Shown piece after piece: positions 31,663 through 41,967 of a stretch of 49,851 nucleotides of DNA; the first letter of the stretch is position 1, and the number at the start of each line of letters is the position of its first letter. The notes under the pieces were generated by a model. It made no database searches and was not told where the DNA came from. It saw nothing but the letters and a program-made list of their open reading frames with translations. This stretch comes from Gammaproteobacteria bacterium (GTDB lineage Bacteria; Pseudomonadota; Gammaproteobacteria; Thiohalospirales; Thiohalospiraceae). A program made the position numbers and the translations under genes. Where the stretch lies: contig JAJRUX010000007.1 in assembly GCA_024277575.1 (NCBI GenBank), positions 1-49,851 on the forward strand, in the 5' to 3' direction.

Positions 31663-32700
31663 ATGCAGTTTGTGGCTGAATATGGTCTTTTCCTGGCAAA
31701 GGCAGTTACCATCGTTATTGCTGTTCTGGTTCTGGTTGGTGCTGCTATTGCGATCTCTTCCCGCCATCGCAAAGCTGAAAGCGGCCATCTTGAGGTTGAC
31801 AGCCTGAACCGGAAATATGAGGAGATGTCAGAAGCACTGGCCGATTCGCTGCTTTCAAAAGAAGAACTGAAACAGAAACACAAACAGGAAAAGAAGCGTA
31901 AAAAAGAGGAGCAGAAAAAACACAAACGGGAGATCAAAGAGGGCAAGACCGGGCCGGATAAAAAACGGCTGTTTGTTCTCGATTTTGAAGGGGACATTCA
32001 CGCCTCTGCCGTTGACCATCTGCGTGAGGAGATCAGTGCGATTCTGATGCTGGCTGTTCCCGGTGATGAGATAGTGGTGCGGCTGGAGAGTGGCGGTGGC
32101 GTTATTCATGGCTACGGCCTGGCTGCATCACAACTGCAACGTATTCGCGATCGCGATATCTCGCTTACGGTGGCAGTTGACAAGGTGGCGGCCAGCGGTG
32201 GCTATCTGATGGCCTGTGTTGCGGACAAATTGATTGCTGCGCCGTTCTCCATTATAGGCTCTATTGGTGTGCTGGCCCAGATCCCCAATTTCAACCGGCT
32301 GCTGAAAAAACATGATGTGGATTTTGAGCAGCTCTATACTGGCGAATACAAACGCACCCTGACACTGTTTGGCGAGAACACCGACAAGGGCCGGGAAAAA
32401 ATGAAGCAGGAACTGGAAGAGGTTCACCAGCTGTTCAAGGCGTTCATCAAGCGCCAGCGAACCGGCCTTGATGTTGCAAAGGTTGCTACCGGTGAACACT
32501 GGCTCGGCAGCCGGGCGCTGGAGCTGGGACTGGTTGATGAGCTGAGTACCAGTGATGACTATCTGATGGCAGCGCGGGAGACAGCCAATATCGTTGAGGT
32601 CAGGTTTGTCAGCAAACAGGGTTTGAAAGAGAAACTGTCATCGTTGATATCGTCGCGGCGTGAGCAGCTGCGCAGGATTGACGGGCCAATGATGATGTAG
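31663..32700 (+). CDS. sohB: protease SohB (peptidase S49)
   Basis: An N-terminal TM helix and a Lys/Glu-rich linker precede the S49 domain, which contains VDKVAASGGYLMACVADK. The product is 345 aa. Confidence 0.92.
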   Translation: MQFVAEYGLFLAKAVTIVIAVLVLVGAAIAISSRHRKAESGHLEVDSLNRKYEEMSEALADSLLSKEELKQKHKQEKKRKKEEQKKHKREIKEGKTGPDKKRLFVLDFEGDIHASAVDHLREEISAILMLAVPGDEIVVRLESGGGVIHGYGLAASQLQRIRDRDISLTVAVDKVAASGGYLMACVADKLIAAPFSIIGSIGVLAQIPNFNRLLKKHDVDFEQLYTGEYKRTLTLFGENTDKGREKMKQELEEVHQLFKAFIKRQRTGLDVAKVATGEHWLGSRALELGLVDELSTSDDYLMAARETANIVEVRFVSKQGLKEKLSSLISSRREQLRRIDGPMMM

Positions 32701-32717
32701 AGTTGTTGCTTGCTTTT

Positions 32718-32888
32718 ATAGTCCTGAATCCGTGAGTTCATGACGGCGAATCGCACAACTCATTGACCCGTCTCGCTATATGAAAAATCTTGGCAATAGC
32801 CCCCGCTATTCCCTCGATTTTTCATTACGCGATACGGGTCAAGCAGTTGCACGCTTCACCCGCCCTGAACTCACGGATTCAGGATAGT
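32718..32888. mobile_element. MITE-like palindromic element (161 bp) flanked by a 5-bp direct repeat
   Basis: The perfect 18-bp terminal inverted repeat CCTGAATCCGTGAGTTCA (32723-32740) pairs with TGAACTCACGGATTCAGG (32866-32883). The arms remain imperfectly complementary for about 70 nt, around a central small hairpin GCAATAGC-CCCC-GCTATT. ATAGT sits immediately outside both ends (32718-32722 and 32884-32888). The element has no coding capacity. Confidence 0.65.
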
Positions 32889-32889
32889 C

Positions 32890-35544
32890 TCAACAGTCCA
32901 GATAACGCTTGATGGTTTCCGCCAGTTTCTCCAGCTGATCCGGATCTTCTATCGGCCGGTTTTCATCGTCGGTAATAAAAAAGATATCTTCCGCACGTTC
33001 TCCAATGGTAGCGATTTTTGCGTTCTGGATCGCTGCGCCATGCTCCCGCAGGGCGAATCCGAGCCGCGCCAGCAGGCCGGGCCGATCGGCGGTTATAACT
33101 TCCATAATAGTGCGTCGATTGGCTTTGTCGGTGATAAAGCTCACTGTGGTGGGGATGGGGAAACATTTCAATTGACGTGGAATACGCCGGGTTACCTGTC
33201 CACTGCTGCCCAGCTGTTTCAGTCCGCGGTGCAGGCTTTCCATGATCTCCTGAGCGCGCCGGGAGTTGCTGATGGGTTCGCCGTTCTGCTCCAGGACAGT
33301 GAGGGTGTTGAGGGTGTACCCATCGCGGGAGGTGATAATCCGGGCATCGACTATGGTCAGGCCGTTCTGCTCCAGCAGTGAAGCGGTGAGGGCAAACAGG
33401 TTCTCTTCAACCCGGGTGTAGATAAATATTCCGGTGCCGCCTCGGCGGGTGGTTTGGCGCATCAGCACCAGGGGCAGTTCTGTCTCGTTAGAGCCCAGGA
33501 TGGCGCGGGTGTGCCAGACAATTTCGTCTGCCGAGTAACGCAGGAAATAGTCGTCGTCAAAGCTCTTCCAGAGGGATTCAAAGTCGGGCCGGGGCAGGGT
33601 GTGCTGCCGGAGTTGCTGGCGGGCCTGCTCCTTGACCACTCCGATGCGCTCCTGCTGTATCGGTCGATTGGTGATACCGCGGCGCAGAATGCGCTTGGTG
33701 CCGTTATACAGTTCGACCAACAGGGCGTTTTTCCAGCTGTTCCAGGCGTTGGCGTTGGTGGCCCGGATGTCCGCCACCGTCAATAGATAGAGGTGATTCA
33801 GGTGGTCGATGTCTCCCACCTCGACGGCGAAGTCATGAATCACATCGGGATCGCTGATGTCTTTGCGCTGGGCGGTCATGGACATGACCAGGTGGTTTTT
33901 GACCAGCCAGGTTACCAGATTGGTATTATAGGGTCCGAGGGCGTGGCTGCTGCAGAATTTTTCGGCATCTATTGCGCCCAGTTCGGAGTGGTTGCCACCA
34001 CGGCCTTTGGCAATGTCATGAAACAGTGCGGCAATGTAGAGAATTTCCGGATGGGGAAGGTGGGAGATAATCCGGTTGCAGAGCGGAAACTCGTGTGCAT
34101 ATTGCGGTACGGTAAAGCGGCGCAGGTTGCGCAGGGTGACCAGGGTATGTTCATCCACCGTATAGACATGAAACAGATCATGTTGCATCTGGCCTACGAT
34201 GTGAGCAAACTCCGGCAGGTAGGCTGCCAGGATACCGTAGCGGTTCATGCGTCTCAGTTCATGGGTAACGCCGCGAGGCTGGCGCAGGATCTCCAGGAAT
34301 AGCTCGCGGTTCTGCGGATTGGCGCGAAATTCGTCATTGATCAGGTGACGGTGCTCCCGCACCAAGCGGATGGTTTCTGCACGCACGCCATTCAGTTTCG
34401 GCTGTTGTTCCATGATTAGAAACAGCTCCAGCAGGGCGGAAGGGTGTTGAGCAAACAGGCCGGCGTCGGTTACTTCCAGAAACCCTTTGCGTGCCTGGAA
34501 GCGGGAGTTGATCGGGGTGGGCTCTCCCGGTTCGTCTGCATGAAGAATTTTTTCCTGAAACAGTTGCAACAGCATTTCGTTGAGGCGGCCCAATTCCATG
34601 ACGGTACGGTAGTAGCGCTTCATCAGTTGTTCCACCGCTAGCTCATGTTCACTGTTCTGGTAGCCAAGCTGGGTAGCCAGGGTGCGCTGGTGATCAAACA
34701 GCAGCCGTTCTTCTCCGCGGCCGGTCAGAGTGTGCAGGCCAAAACGGATCTGCCAGAGGAATGACTGTCCATCCATCAGCGCGCAATACTCTTGCTCGCT
34801 GAGAAAGTTGTGGCTGACCAGATCATGCAGTGTTGTGGAGATGCCAAAATGGCGCTTGGTGATCCAGCCGATTGTCTGGATGTCACGCAATCCGCCCGGC
34901 CCGCCTTTTATATTTGGTTCCAGGTTATAGGCGGTATCGTGATATTTGTGGTGACGCTGAATCTGCTCTTCCCACTTGGCGGCGAAGAATGCGCGGCTGG
35001 GCCAGATGGCCTGCGGTCCGGTTCGCTCATGCAGCGCACGCAGTAGCCGTTTCGAACCGGCGAGTAGGCGGGACTCCATCAGGTTGGTGGCGATGGTGAT
35101 ATCTTCAACCGCGGCGGAAACACAATCATCCAGGGAGCGAATGCTGTGCCCAATCTCCAGCCCTACATCCCACAAGGCTGTTAGAAATTTCTCGAATCCA
35201 TCTTTTAATTCATCAATATTATCTTGTTTTAAAAGAATTAATATATCAATATCAGAATAGGGGTGAAGTTCACCACGACCATAACCGCCGACCGCAATCA
35301 GTGCCACGTGGTCAGCGTGTTCTGCAAAATAGGGTCGCCAAATACGTTGCAGTACCTGATCCACAGCCCAGGCCCGGGCATGTACCAGCTGTTCTACCGG
35401 AGCACCTGAGGCAAAGCGGTCGTCCAGGGTTTGTCTGGTCTGCTTCAGAACTGTGCGGAGCAGTGGAATTGGTGGTTCACCGCTCGCCAGTCGGCTGTCC
35501 AGTTCGCCGGTATCGATTAATACGTTCGCTGTGAGAGCCATCAA
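32890..35544 (-). CDS. glnD: bifunctional [protein-PII] uridylyltransferase / uridylyl-removing enzyme
   Basis: The 884-aa product has the nucleotidyltransferase motif GGYGRGELHPYSDIDILIL, the HD domain LFHDIAKGRGGNHSELG and two C-terminal ACT-like domains. There is a 4-nt overlap with map. Confidence 0.96.
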   Translation of the reverse strand: MMALTANVLIDTGELDSRLASGEPPIPLLRTVLKQTRQTLDDRFASGAPVEQLVHARAWAVDQVLQRIWRPYFAEHADHVALIAVGGYGRGELHPYSDIDILILLKQDNIDELKDGFEKFLTALWDVGLEIGHSIRSLDDCVSAAVEDITIATNLMESRLLAGSKRLLRALHERTGPQAIWPSRAFFAAKWEEQIQRHHKYHDTAYNLEPNIKGGPGGLRDIQTIGWITKRHFGISTTLHDLVSHNFLSEQEYCALMDGQSFLWQIRFGLHTLTGRGEERLLFDHQRTLATQLGYQNSEHELAVEQLMKRYYRTVMELGRLNEMLLQLFQEKILHADEPGEPTPINSRFQARKGFLEVTDAGLFAQHPSALLELFLIMEQQPKLNGVRAETIRLVREHRHLINDEFRANPQNRELFLEILRQPRGVTHELRRMNRYGILAAYLPEFAHIVGQMQHDLFHVYTVDEHTLVTLRNLRRFTVPQYAHEFPLCNRIISHLPHPEILYIAALFHDIAKGRGGNHSELGAIDAEKFCSSHALGPYNTNLVTWLVKNHLVMSMTAQRKDISDPDVIHDFAVEVGDIDHLNHLYLLTVADIRATNANAWNSWKNALLVELYNGTKRILRRGITNRPIQQERIGVVKEQARQQLRQHTLPRPDFESLWKSFDDDYFLRYSADEIVWHTRAILGSNETELPLVLMRQTTRRGGTGIFIYTRVEENLFALTASLLEQNGLTIVDARIITSRDGYTLNTLTVLEQNGEPISNSRRAQEIMESLHRGLKQLGSSGQVTRRIPRQLKCFPIPTTVSFITDKANRRTIMEVITADRPGLLARLGFALREHGAAIQNAKIATIGERAEDIFFITDDENRPIEDPDQLEKLAETIKRYLDC

Positions 35545-36308
35545 ATTTTTTCGTCAGAGCCAAGAGTCAACACCTCGAATCCGTTTTCAGTTACCAGGAG
35601 GGTGTGTTCCCATTGGGCTGACAGGCTGTGATCCTTGGTGACCACTGTCCAGCCATCAGCAAGCAGCCGCACGTCACGGCGACCCGCGTTGACCATCGGT
35701 TCAATGGTGAAGATCATCCCCGGTGCCAGCGCTGCCCCGGTGCCGGGATTTCCATAGTGTAATACCTGGGGCTCTTCATGAAATTCGCGCCCGATGCCAT
35801 GGCCACAGTATTCACGCACAATTGAGCAGTTGTTTCTCTCGGCGTGCTGCTGGATGACGTGACCGATATCACCCAATCGTGCGCCCGGTCGCACCATCTC
35901 GATCCCTTTTACCAGACACTCATGGGCGATACGCACCAGCCGTCTGGCCAGCACCGAAGGCTCGCCAACGAAAAACATCTTGCTGGTGTCTCCGTGATAG
36001 CCATCCTTGATGACTGTAACATCCACGTTGATGATATCGCCGTTTTTCAGCTTTTTTGCGCTGGGAATTCCGTGACACACCTGGTGATTGACTGAGGTGC
36101 AGATGGATTTGGGGAAGCCGTGATAGTTGAGCGGGGCGGGAATGGCCTGCTGCACTCCGGTGATGTATTCGTGAGCGATGCGATCCAGCTCTTCCGTGGT
36201 GATGCCGGGTTTTACATGAGGGCGCAGGAATTCCAGCGTCTCTGCGGCAAGTCGGCCGGCGACGCGCATTTTTTCTATCTCTTCCGTGGTTTTAATAACA
36301 ATGCTCAT
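35541..36308 (-). CDS. map: type I methionine aminopeptidase
   Basis: Metal-ligand motifs CHGIP, DIINVDVT, GHGIGREFHEEP and FTIEPM in a 255-aa product. It is divergent from rpsB, as in E. coli. Confidence 0.97.
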   Translation of the reverse strand: MSIVIKTTEEIEKMRVAGRLAAETLEFLRPHVKPGITTEELDRIAHEYITGVQQAIPAPLNYHGFPKSICTSVNHQVCHGIPSAKKLKNGDIINVDVTVIKDGYHGDTSKMFFVGEPSVLARRLVRIAHECLVKGIEMVRPGARLGDIGHVIQQHAERNNCSIVREYCGHGIGREFHEEPQVLHYGNPGTGAALAPGMIFTIEPMVNAGRRDVRLLADGWTVVTKDHSLSAQWEHTLLVTENGFEVLTLGSDEKI

Positions 36309-36489
36309 TGTGTTTTCTGTCTGAATAAATTTAAGGGAGCGGTAATATGGGGATCTTCCGCCGATCCACAGAATAATCTCGCAGGATGTTGTTTTTACAT
36401 AAAGTTATCGCGGTCAATGATGCAAATAACTTGCCGTGAAAACAGCAGACAGGCGAGGGCCCGCGCTTCTCACAAAGTACCCATGTGAA

Positions 36490-36518
36490 TTGTTGTCATA
36501 ACCGGTTTATGGTATAAA
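36490..36518 (+). promoter_or_regulatory. candidate rpsB promoter with an extended -10
   Basis: TTGTTG (36490-36495), a 17-nt spacer ending in TGG, then TATAAA (36513-36518), which gives a TGnTATAAA extended -10. Confidence 0.45.
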
Positions 36519-36674
36519 GCGCACGCCCTGTTGGCAAATCCGGTTATTCGCCCGTTGGGTGACTGACCAAAAATACGCACATGCACCGACACATATGCCA
36601 GGGTGCCCACTTGAATAAGGTAGGTTGGTATATGGGGTGCATGGAGGAATAACCCTGAATCAGGAGAAACAAAG
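36519..36674 (+). promoter_or_regulatory. rpsB 5' leader (position of the autoregulatory S2 leader / t44-tff RNA region of gammaproteobacteria)
   Basis: An untranslated leader of about 150 nt lies between the promoter and the AGGAG Shine-Dalgarno. It contains several GC-rich pairings, for example GCACC...GGTGC. In enterics the map-rpsB spacer encodes the S2-responsive leader. I could not verify the fold. Confidence 0.4.
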
Positions 36675-37787
36675 ATGTCTAACGTATCCATGCGTGAAAT
36701 GCTGGAGGCTGGCGTTCATTTCGGCCACCAGACCCGTTACTGGAATCCCAAAATGGCGCCCTATATCTTCGGTGCCCGCAATAAAATCCATATCATCAAT
36801 CTGGAAAAGAGCTTGCCTCTGTTTCAGGACGCGCTCAATTATCTGGGTAGCCTGGCCGCCAGGAAGGGTACTATTCTGTTTGTTGGTACCAAACGTGCGG
36901 CGCAGAGTGCTATTAAAGAACAGGCCGAACGTTGCGGCATGCCTTACGTCAACCACCGCTGGTTGGGGGGTATGCTCACCAACTATAAAACAGTCCGGCA
37001 GTCCATCAAACGGCTGAAAGATCTGGAGGCGATGAAACAGGATGGCACGTTTGAGCGTCTGAGCAAGAAAGAGGCGTTGATGTTGACCCGCGAGCTGGAG
37101 AAACTGGATCGCAGTCTGGGTGGAATAAAGGAGATGAAGGGGTTGCCTGACGCCCTGTTCGTTATCGACGTCGGTCATGAAAAAATTGCTGTACGTGAGG
37201 CGACCACTCTGGGCATCCCTGTGGTGGGGATCGTGGATACCAACTATGCTCCGGATGGAGTGGACTATGTTGTTCCTGGCAATGATGATGCCATTCGCGC
37301 CATCCAACTCTATACCCGCTGTGTAGCCGATGCCATCCTGACCGCCCGGGCATCTGTTGCGCCTGTGGCTGGTGCGGGAGCCAGCACAGATGAATTTGTT
37401 GAAGTGGATGCTGGTAATGGTGAAGAGGAGAGCACCGCTGCTCCTGCCCCGAAGCCTGCCGCCAAGAAAAAAACTGTTGCGCCAAAGGAAAAAATGGTAG
37501 TAAAGAAGGAAGTGGAACCGGCTGCTGTTGAGGCGGATGACCTCACCAAAATCGAAGGGATAGGTCCCAAGATTTCCGAAATTCTAGTCAACAATGGCGT
37601 AACCTCTTTTTCCAAGCTTGCCGTCATGGATGCGGAAGCGATCAAGGAGATGCTGGTTGCTGCGGGTACCCAGTATAACCGCGCCGATCCCACCACCTGG
37701 CCCAAGCAGGCTGACTATGCGGCCAAGGGGGAATGGGAAGCACTGAAAAAATGGCAGGATGAACTTGACGGTGGACGGGCGGGATAA
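36675..37787 (+). CDS. rpsB: 30S ribosomal protein S2 with a C-terminal extension of about 125 aa (low-complexity linker plus helix-hairpin-helix module)
   Basis: The canonical S2 core ([52 protein letters not shown]) runs to about residue 246. An Ala/Pro/Lys/Glu linker follows, then [29 protein letters not shown]...[30 protein letters not shown]. Confidence 0.95.
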   Translation: MSNVSMREMLEAGVHFGHQTRYWNPKMAPYIFGARNKIHIINLEKSLPLFQDALNYLGSLAARKGTILFVGTKRAAQSAIKEQAERCGMPYVNHRWLGGMLTNYKTVRQSIKRLKDLEAMKQDGTFERLSKKEALMLTRELEKLDRSLGGIKEMKGLPDALFVIDVGHEKIAVREATTLGIPVVGIVDTNYAPDGVDYVVPGNDDAIRAIQLYTRCVADAILTARASVAPVAGAGASTDEFVEVDAGNGEEESTAAPAPKPAAKKKTVAPKEKMVVKKEVEPAAVEADDLTKIEGIGPKISEILVNNGVTSFSKLAVMDAEAIKEMLVAAGTQYNRADPTTWPKQADYAAKGEWEALKKWQDELDGGRAG

Positions 37788-37965
37788 CCGTTTGTCGTAG
37801 ACTGACTGTCGTTCCCCGGAGGGCGCCCGGAGCTGTCTGGTAACTCCTGTTACCTTCAGCTGACGGCAGCTCTCAAATATTTGCTAAAGCTATTTTCCGG
37901 CGCAGTCACAATTTCAAAACCGGTTCGGTTTGTATCGTTGAAAACAGAAACATCTGAGGTAAAGC

Positions 37966-38841
37966 ATGTCAATTACAGCATCAATGGTTAAAGAGCTGCG
38001 CGAGCGCACCGGCGCAGGGATGATGGAGTGCAAAAAAGCCCTGGTAGAGACGGGTGGAGATATCGAAGCCGCTATTGAGTTTTTGCGCAAGAGTGGGCAG
38101 GCCAAGGCTGATAAAAAGGCCGGTCGCACTGCAGCGGAAGGTCGTGTGGTAATCCGGACCAGCGCCGATGGTAAAAAAGCGGCGATGGTTGAGGTCAACT
38201 GCGAAACAGATTTTGTTGCCAGTGATGATAATTTCACCCGCTTTGCAGAGGCTGTTGCGCAGCTTGTTCTGGAAAACCAGCCTTCAGATCTGGATAACCT
38301 GTTGGCTGCGCCTCTGGATGATGACAGCGTGGAAGAGGTTCGCAAGGGGCTGGTTGCCAAGATTGGCGAGAATATCACCGTGCGCCGTTTTGAGCTTCTT
38401 GATATTTCCGGTGTACCGGGGCAGTACCTGCACGGGAACCGTATCGGCGTTCTGGTTGATCTGGAAGGTGGCAGTGCCGAGCTGGCCAAGGATATTGCCA
38501 TGCATGTTGCCGCGAGCAAGCCGGTTTGTGTCAGTGCCGAACAGGTGGATCCCGAGCTGATTGAGAAAGAGAAGGCGATCTTCAGGGCGCAGGCGGAGGA
38601 GAGCGGTAAGCCTGCCGAGATTATCGAGAAAATGATTAGCGGCAGGGTCAACAAATTTTTGAAAGAGATTACGCTGCTGGGTCAGCCGTTTGTCAAAAAT
38701 CCTGATGAGACCATTGAAAAACTGTTGAACCGGGAAAAGGCAAAAGTAGTGCGGTTTGTCCGCCTTGAAGTGGGTGAAGGTATCGAGAAGAAGAACGAAA
38801 ACTTTGCCGAAGAGGTTATGGCCCAAGTTAAAGGAAACTGA
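37966..38841 (+). CDS. tsf: translation elongation factor Ts
   Basis: The UBA-like N-terminus [24 protein letters not shown] in a 291-aa product, downstream of rpsB. Confidence 0.97.
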   Translation: MSITASMVKELRERTGAGMMECKKALVETGGDIEAAIEFLRKSGQAKADKKAGRTAAEGRVVIRTSADGKKAAMVEVNCETDFVASDDNFTRFAEAVAQLVLENQPSDLDNLLAAPLDDDSVEEVRKGLVAKIGENITVRRFELLDISGVPGQYLHGNRIGVLVDLEGGSAELAKDIAMHVAASKPVCVSAEQVDPELIEKEKAIFRAQAEESGKPAEIIEKMISGRVNKFLKEITLLGQPFVKNPDETIEKLLNREKAKVVRFVRLEVGEGIEKKNENFAEEVMAQVKGN

Positions 38842-38851
38842 AAATAACGCT

Positions 38852-39595
38852 ATGAGCATCTCTGCTGCAAACAGTGATCTTGTCTATCGCCGCATTCTGC
38901 TGAAACTGAGCGGAGAGGCATTGATGGGGGAGGCCAGTTTTGGTATCGAACCCGATGTTATCCGGCGCGTGGCCCTGGAGATAGGGGAGGTCGTTGCAGC
39001 AGGTGTTCAGGTAGGGCTGGTGATTGGTGGTGGCAATATCTTTCGGGGTATTGCTTTGGCTCCGGTGGGTTTGCACAAAACCACGGCGGATCAGATGGGG
39101 ATGCTGGCCACGGTAATGAATGCGCTGGCTATGCAGGACGTGCTGGAGCGGGAAGGTATTTCAGCGCGCGTCATGTCGGCGCTGGCTATGCCCGAACTGT
39201 GTGAGACACTGGAGCGACGCCGGGCTGTCCAGCATCTGCAGCAGGGTAGGGTGGTACTCTTTGCCGCAGGTACCGGAAATCCTTTTTTCACCACTGATTC
39301 TGCCGCCAGTCTGCGTGGTATCGAGATCGATGCTGAGCTGGTGTTGAAGGCGACCAAGGTGGATGGTGTTTATTCTGCGGATCCGGTGAAGGATCCGGAT
39401 GCTGTCCGTTACTCCCGTCTGACCTACGATGAAGTACTGGAGCAACAGCTGAACGTCATGGATACCACGGCGTTTGTGCTGTGCCGCGAACAGAATCTGC
39501 CCTTGCGTGTATTTAACATGAACAGGCCGGGTGCGCTGATGCGCATACTCCGGGGGGAAGATGAGGGAACGCTAATCGAAGGTGGAGAGAGCTGA
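38852..39595 (+). CDS. pyrH: UMP kinase
   Basis: Motifs [18 protein letters not shown] and TTDSAA. I moved the start to the ATG at 38852 ([10 protein letters not shown]) because the ORF-track start overlaps tsf. Confidence 0.96.
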   Translation: MSISAANSDLVYRRILLKLSGEALMGEASFGIEPDVIRRVALEIGEVVAAGVQVGLVIGGGNIFRGIALAPVGLHKTTADQMGMLATVMNALAMQDVLEREGISARVMSALAMPELCETLERRRAVQHLQQGRVVLFAAGTGNPFFTTDSAASLRGIEIDAELVLKATKVDGVYSADPVKDPDAVRYSRLTYDEVLEQQLNVMDTTAFVLCREQNLPLRVFNMNRPGALMRILRGEDEGTLIEGGES

Positions 39596-40152
39596 TGATC
39601 AATGAAATCCGGCAAGATGCTGAAGTCCGAATGGTGAAGAGCATTGAGGCGCTGAAAGGCGAACTGAGCAAACTGCGAACCGGCCGGGCTCATACCAGCC
39701 TGCTGGATCATATCACGGTAGATTATTATGGGAGTGAGATGCCGTTAAGTCAGGTTGCAACAATTAAGGTGGAGGACGCCCGCATGCTGAGCGTCACCCC
39801 TTGGGAAAAAAATATGGTGGCTCCGATCGAGAAGGCGATCATGACCTCCGATCTGGGCTTGAATCCGGCGACTGCCGGGACGGTTATCCGCGTTCCGCTA
39901 CCGGCTCTGACCGAAGAGCGGCGCAAGGACATGATCAAACTGGTGCGTCAGGAGGGAGAAAAGGCCCGGGTTGCCATTCGCAACATCCGGCGTGATGCCA
40001 TTCACAACCTGAAAACGCTGCTCAAGGAGAAAGAGATTAGCGAAGACGAAGAGCGCCGAGCCCAGGAAGCGATCCAGAAGCTGACCGATATCCATGTTGA
40101 ACAGGTGGAGAAACTGCTGGAAGCCAAGGAAAAGGATCTGATGACCATCTAG
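39595..40152 (+). CDS. frr: ribosome recycling factor
   Basis: The 185-aa product contains [14 protein letters not shown] and [12 protein letters not shown]. Its ATG overlaps the pyrH stop by 1 nt. Confidence 0.97.
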   Translation: MINEIRQDAEVRMVKSIEALKGELSKLRTGRAHTSLLDHITVDYYGSEMPLSQVATIKVEDARMLSVTPWEKNMVAPIEKAIMTSDLGLNPATAGTVIRVPLPALTEERRKDMIKLVRQEGEKARVAIRNIRRDAIHNLKTLLKEKEISEDEERRAQEAIQKLTDIHVEQVEKLLEAKEKDLMTI

Positions 40153-40211
40153 AGTCGCAAGCCACATACACCTTACAGAACAACCCCCTATGCTGAATTT
40201 AGCAAATATTA

Positions 40212-40964
40212 ATGCCTGAATCTGATCAAATCGCTGCCCGTCAAAGCCCGGCTGTTCCCCGGCACGTAGCTATTATTATGGATGGAAATGGGCGCTGGGC
40301 GAAGCAGCGCCGTTTACCACGTATCGCGGGGCATCGGGCGGGTGTGAAGTCAGTACGCCGGGTCGTCGAGCGGTGTATCGAAAGCGGTGTCGAAGCACTC
40401 ACTGTTTTTGCCTTCAGCACGGAAAACTGGCGTCGACCTCAGAAAGAGGTGGGATTGTTGATGGAGCTTTTTCTCAGTGCTCTGGAGAGAGAGGTTAAAA
40501 AACTTCATCAGCATAATGTCCGGATGCGCATCGTCGGTGATAGGAGCAGATTCCCGATGAAGTTGCAAAACAGAATTGCCGAGGCGGAGCGGTACACTGC
40601 GGCCAACACTGCCTTGACCTTTACTATAGCGGCCAACTACGGTGGACGCTGGGATATTGCCCAAGCGGTACGCGAGCTGGGACACTCTATCGAGCGCGGC
40701 GAACTCAAGGCAGATGAGATTACCGAGAATCTGTTGCAGTCCAGTTTGGCTCTTTCCGATCTTCCTGAGCCGGATCTTTTCATTCGCACGGGAGGAGAGC
40801 AGCGTATCAGTAATTTTCTTCTCTGGCAGCTGGCTTACACGGAGTTTTATTTCACGGATACTCTTTGGCCTGATTTCGGGAAGCGGAGCTTTGCTGAAGC
40901 GCTTCGATCATTTGCGTCCCGGCAACGGCGTTTTGGGCGCACCAGCGAGCAGGTGGAGCGATAG
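40212..40964 (+). CDS. uppS: ditrans,polycis-undecaprenyl-diphosphate synthase
   Basis: Motifs HVAIIMDGNGRWA, FSTENWRRP and IRTGGEQRISNFLLWQLAYTEF. Confidence 0.96.
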   Translation: MPESDQIAARQSPAVPRHVAIIMDGNGRWAKQRRLPRIAGHRAGVKSVRRVVERCIESGVEALTVFAFSTENWRRPQKEVGLLMELFLSALEREVKKLHQHNVRMRIVGDRSRFPMKLQNRIAEAERYTAANTALTFTIAANYGGRWDIAQAVRELGHSIERGELKADEITENLLQSSLALSDLPEPDLFIRTGGEQRISNFLLWQLAYTEFYFTDTLWPDFGKRSFAEALRSFASRQRRFGRTSEQVER

Positions 40965-41124
40965 ACGTCGTTGTGAACGGGTTAGTGCCACGCCGTCCTG
41001 TATTGCCGTGCATGAGAATCCTTTCTGGTGTACGCTGAAACCGGTCTGCCATTGCCCCTCTGTTTCAGGGTGAAGCTGCTTGCAGATCTGCCATCCAGGT
41101 GTTGCTGTAGCGGAATTTCAGAAT

Positions 41125-41967
41125 ATGTCGGCAGATAAAAAATCTCCATTGAGGCAGCGTATCATTACGGCGCTTGTTTTGGCACCGCTGGTCATTGTTG
41201 CTGTGCTGTTTCTGCCCACCGCTCTATTTGCCCTGATGTTGGCAGCTGTGGTTGGGCTTGCTGCAGGGGAGTGGGCAAGACTGGCCGGTCTGCCGTCCCG
41301 TCAGACGCAACAGGCGTATGTTGCTCTGGTTGTCTTTTCTCTGCTGCTTGTCTGGTTCTTGCTGCAACAGCAGCAGGGTCTGGTTTTGTTGCTTGTTGCG
41401 GCTCTGGCTTGGTGGTTGGTAGCGGCAACCTGGGTGATTCGTTATCCGGCCAGCACGGTCGCGTGGACAACTGCTGTCTGGCGACGCGGGGCAATTGGGT
41501 TCCTGGTATTGATTCCGGCATGGGCGGCGCTGGTTGCGCTGCACGGTCATGGAGAGCAGGGACCACGGCTGATTCTGCTGCTGATGCTGTTGATCTGGGG
41601 GGCTGATAGCGGGGCCTATTTTGCCGGGAGGAAGTGGGGTAAAGATAAGTTGGCACCCCAGGTTAGCCCGGGCAAGAGCTGGCAGGGATTATGGGGTGGG
41701 TTAGCAACCGCTGTACTGGTGGCGGTACTTTTTACCAGCCTGCTTTCCATTCATGTGGAACATCAGCTATATTTCATTGCCATTTGTATTGTCACGATAA
41801 TATTCTCTGTTCTTGGCGATCTTGTTGAGAGCATGTTCAAGCGTGATGCGGGTGTGAAAGACAGTGGTAATCTTTTGCCCGGGCATGGTGGTGTGCTGGA
41901 TCGAATTGACAGTCTTACCGCGGCAGCTCCTGTTTTTGCATTGGGTACCCTGGGGGTGTGTCTATGA
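41125..41967 (+). CDS. cdsA: phosphatidate cytidylyltransferase
   Basis: A multi-TM protein with [27 protein letters not shown] and [26 protein letters not shown] chose the ATG at 41125; the ORF track starts at a TTG at 41080. Confidence 0.94.
   Translation: MSADKKSPLRQRIITALVLAPLVIVAVLFLPTALFALMLAAVVGLAAGEWARLAGLPSRQTQQAYVALVVFSLLLVWFLLQQQQGLVLLLVAALAWWLVAATWVIRYPASTVAWTTAVWRRGAIGFLVLIPAWAALVALHGHGEQGPRLILLLMLLIWGADSGAYFAGRKWGKDKLAPQVSPGKSWQGLWGGLATAVLVAVLFTSLLSIHVEHQLYFIAICIVTIIFSVLGDLVESMFKRDAGVKDSGNLLPGHGGVLDRIDSLTAAAPVFALGTLGVCL

Noticed and set aside
37788-37965. Stem-loops in the 178-nt rpsB-tsf spacer (GGGCGCCC, GAGCTG...CAGCTC enclosing GGTAAC-TCCT-GTTACC, and AAACCG-GT-TCGGTTT) as a terminator or attenuator.
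   Set aside because: None is followed by a U-tract, and I cannot compute stabilities. An rpsB-tsf attenuator is known in E. coli, but the sequence evidence here is too weak to call a feature.
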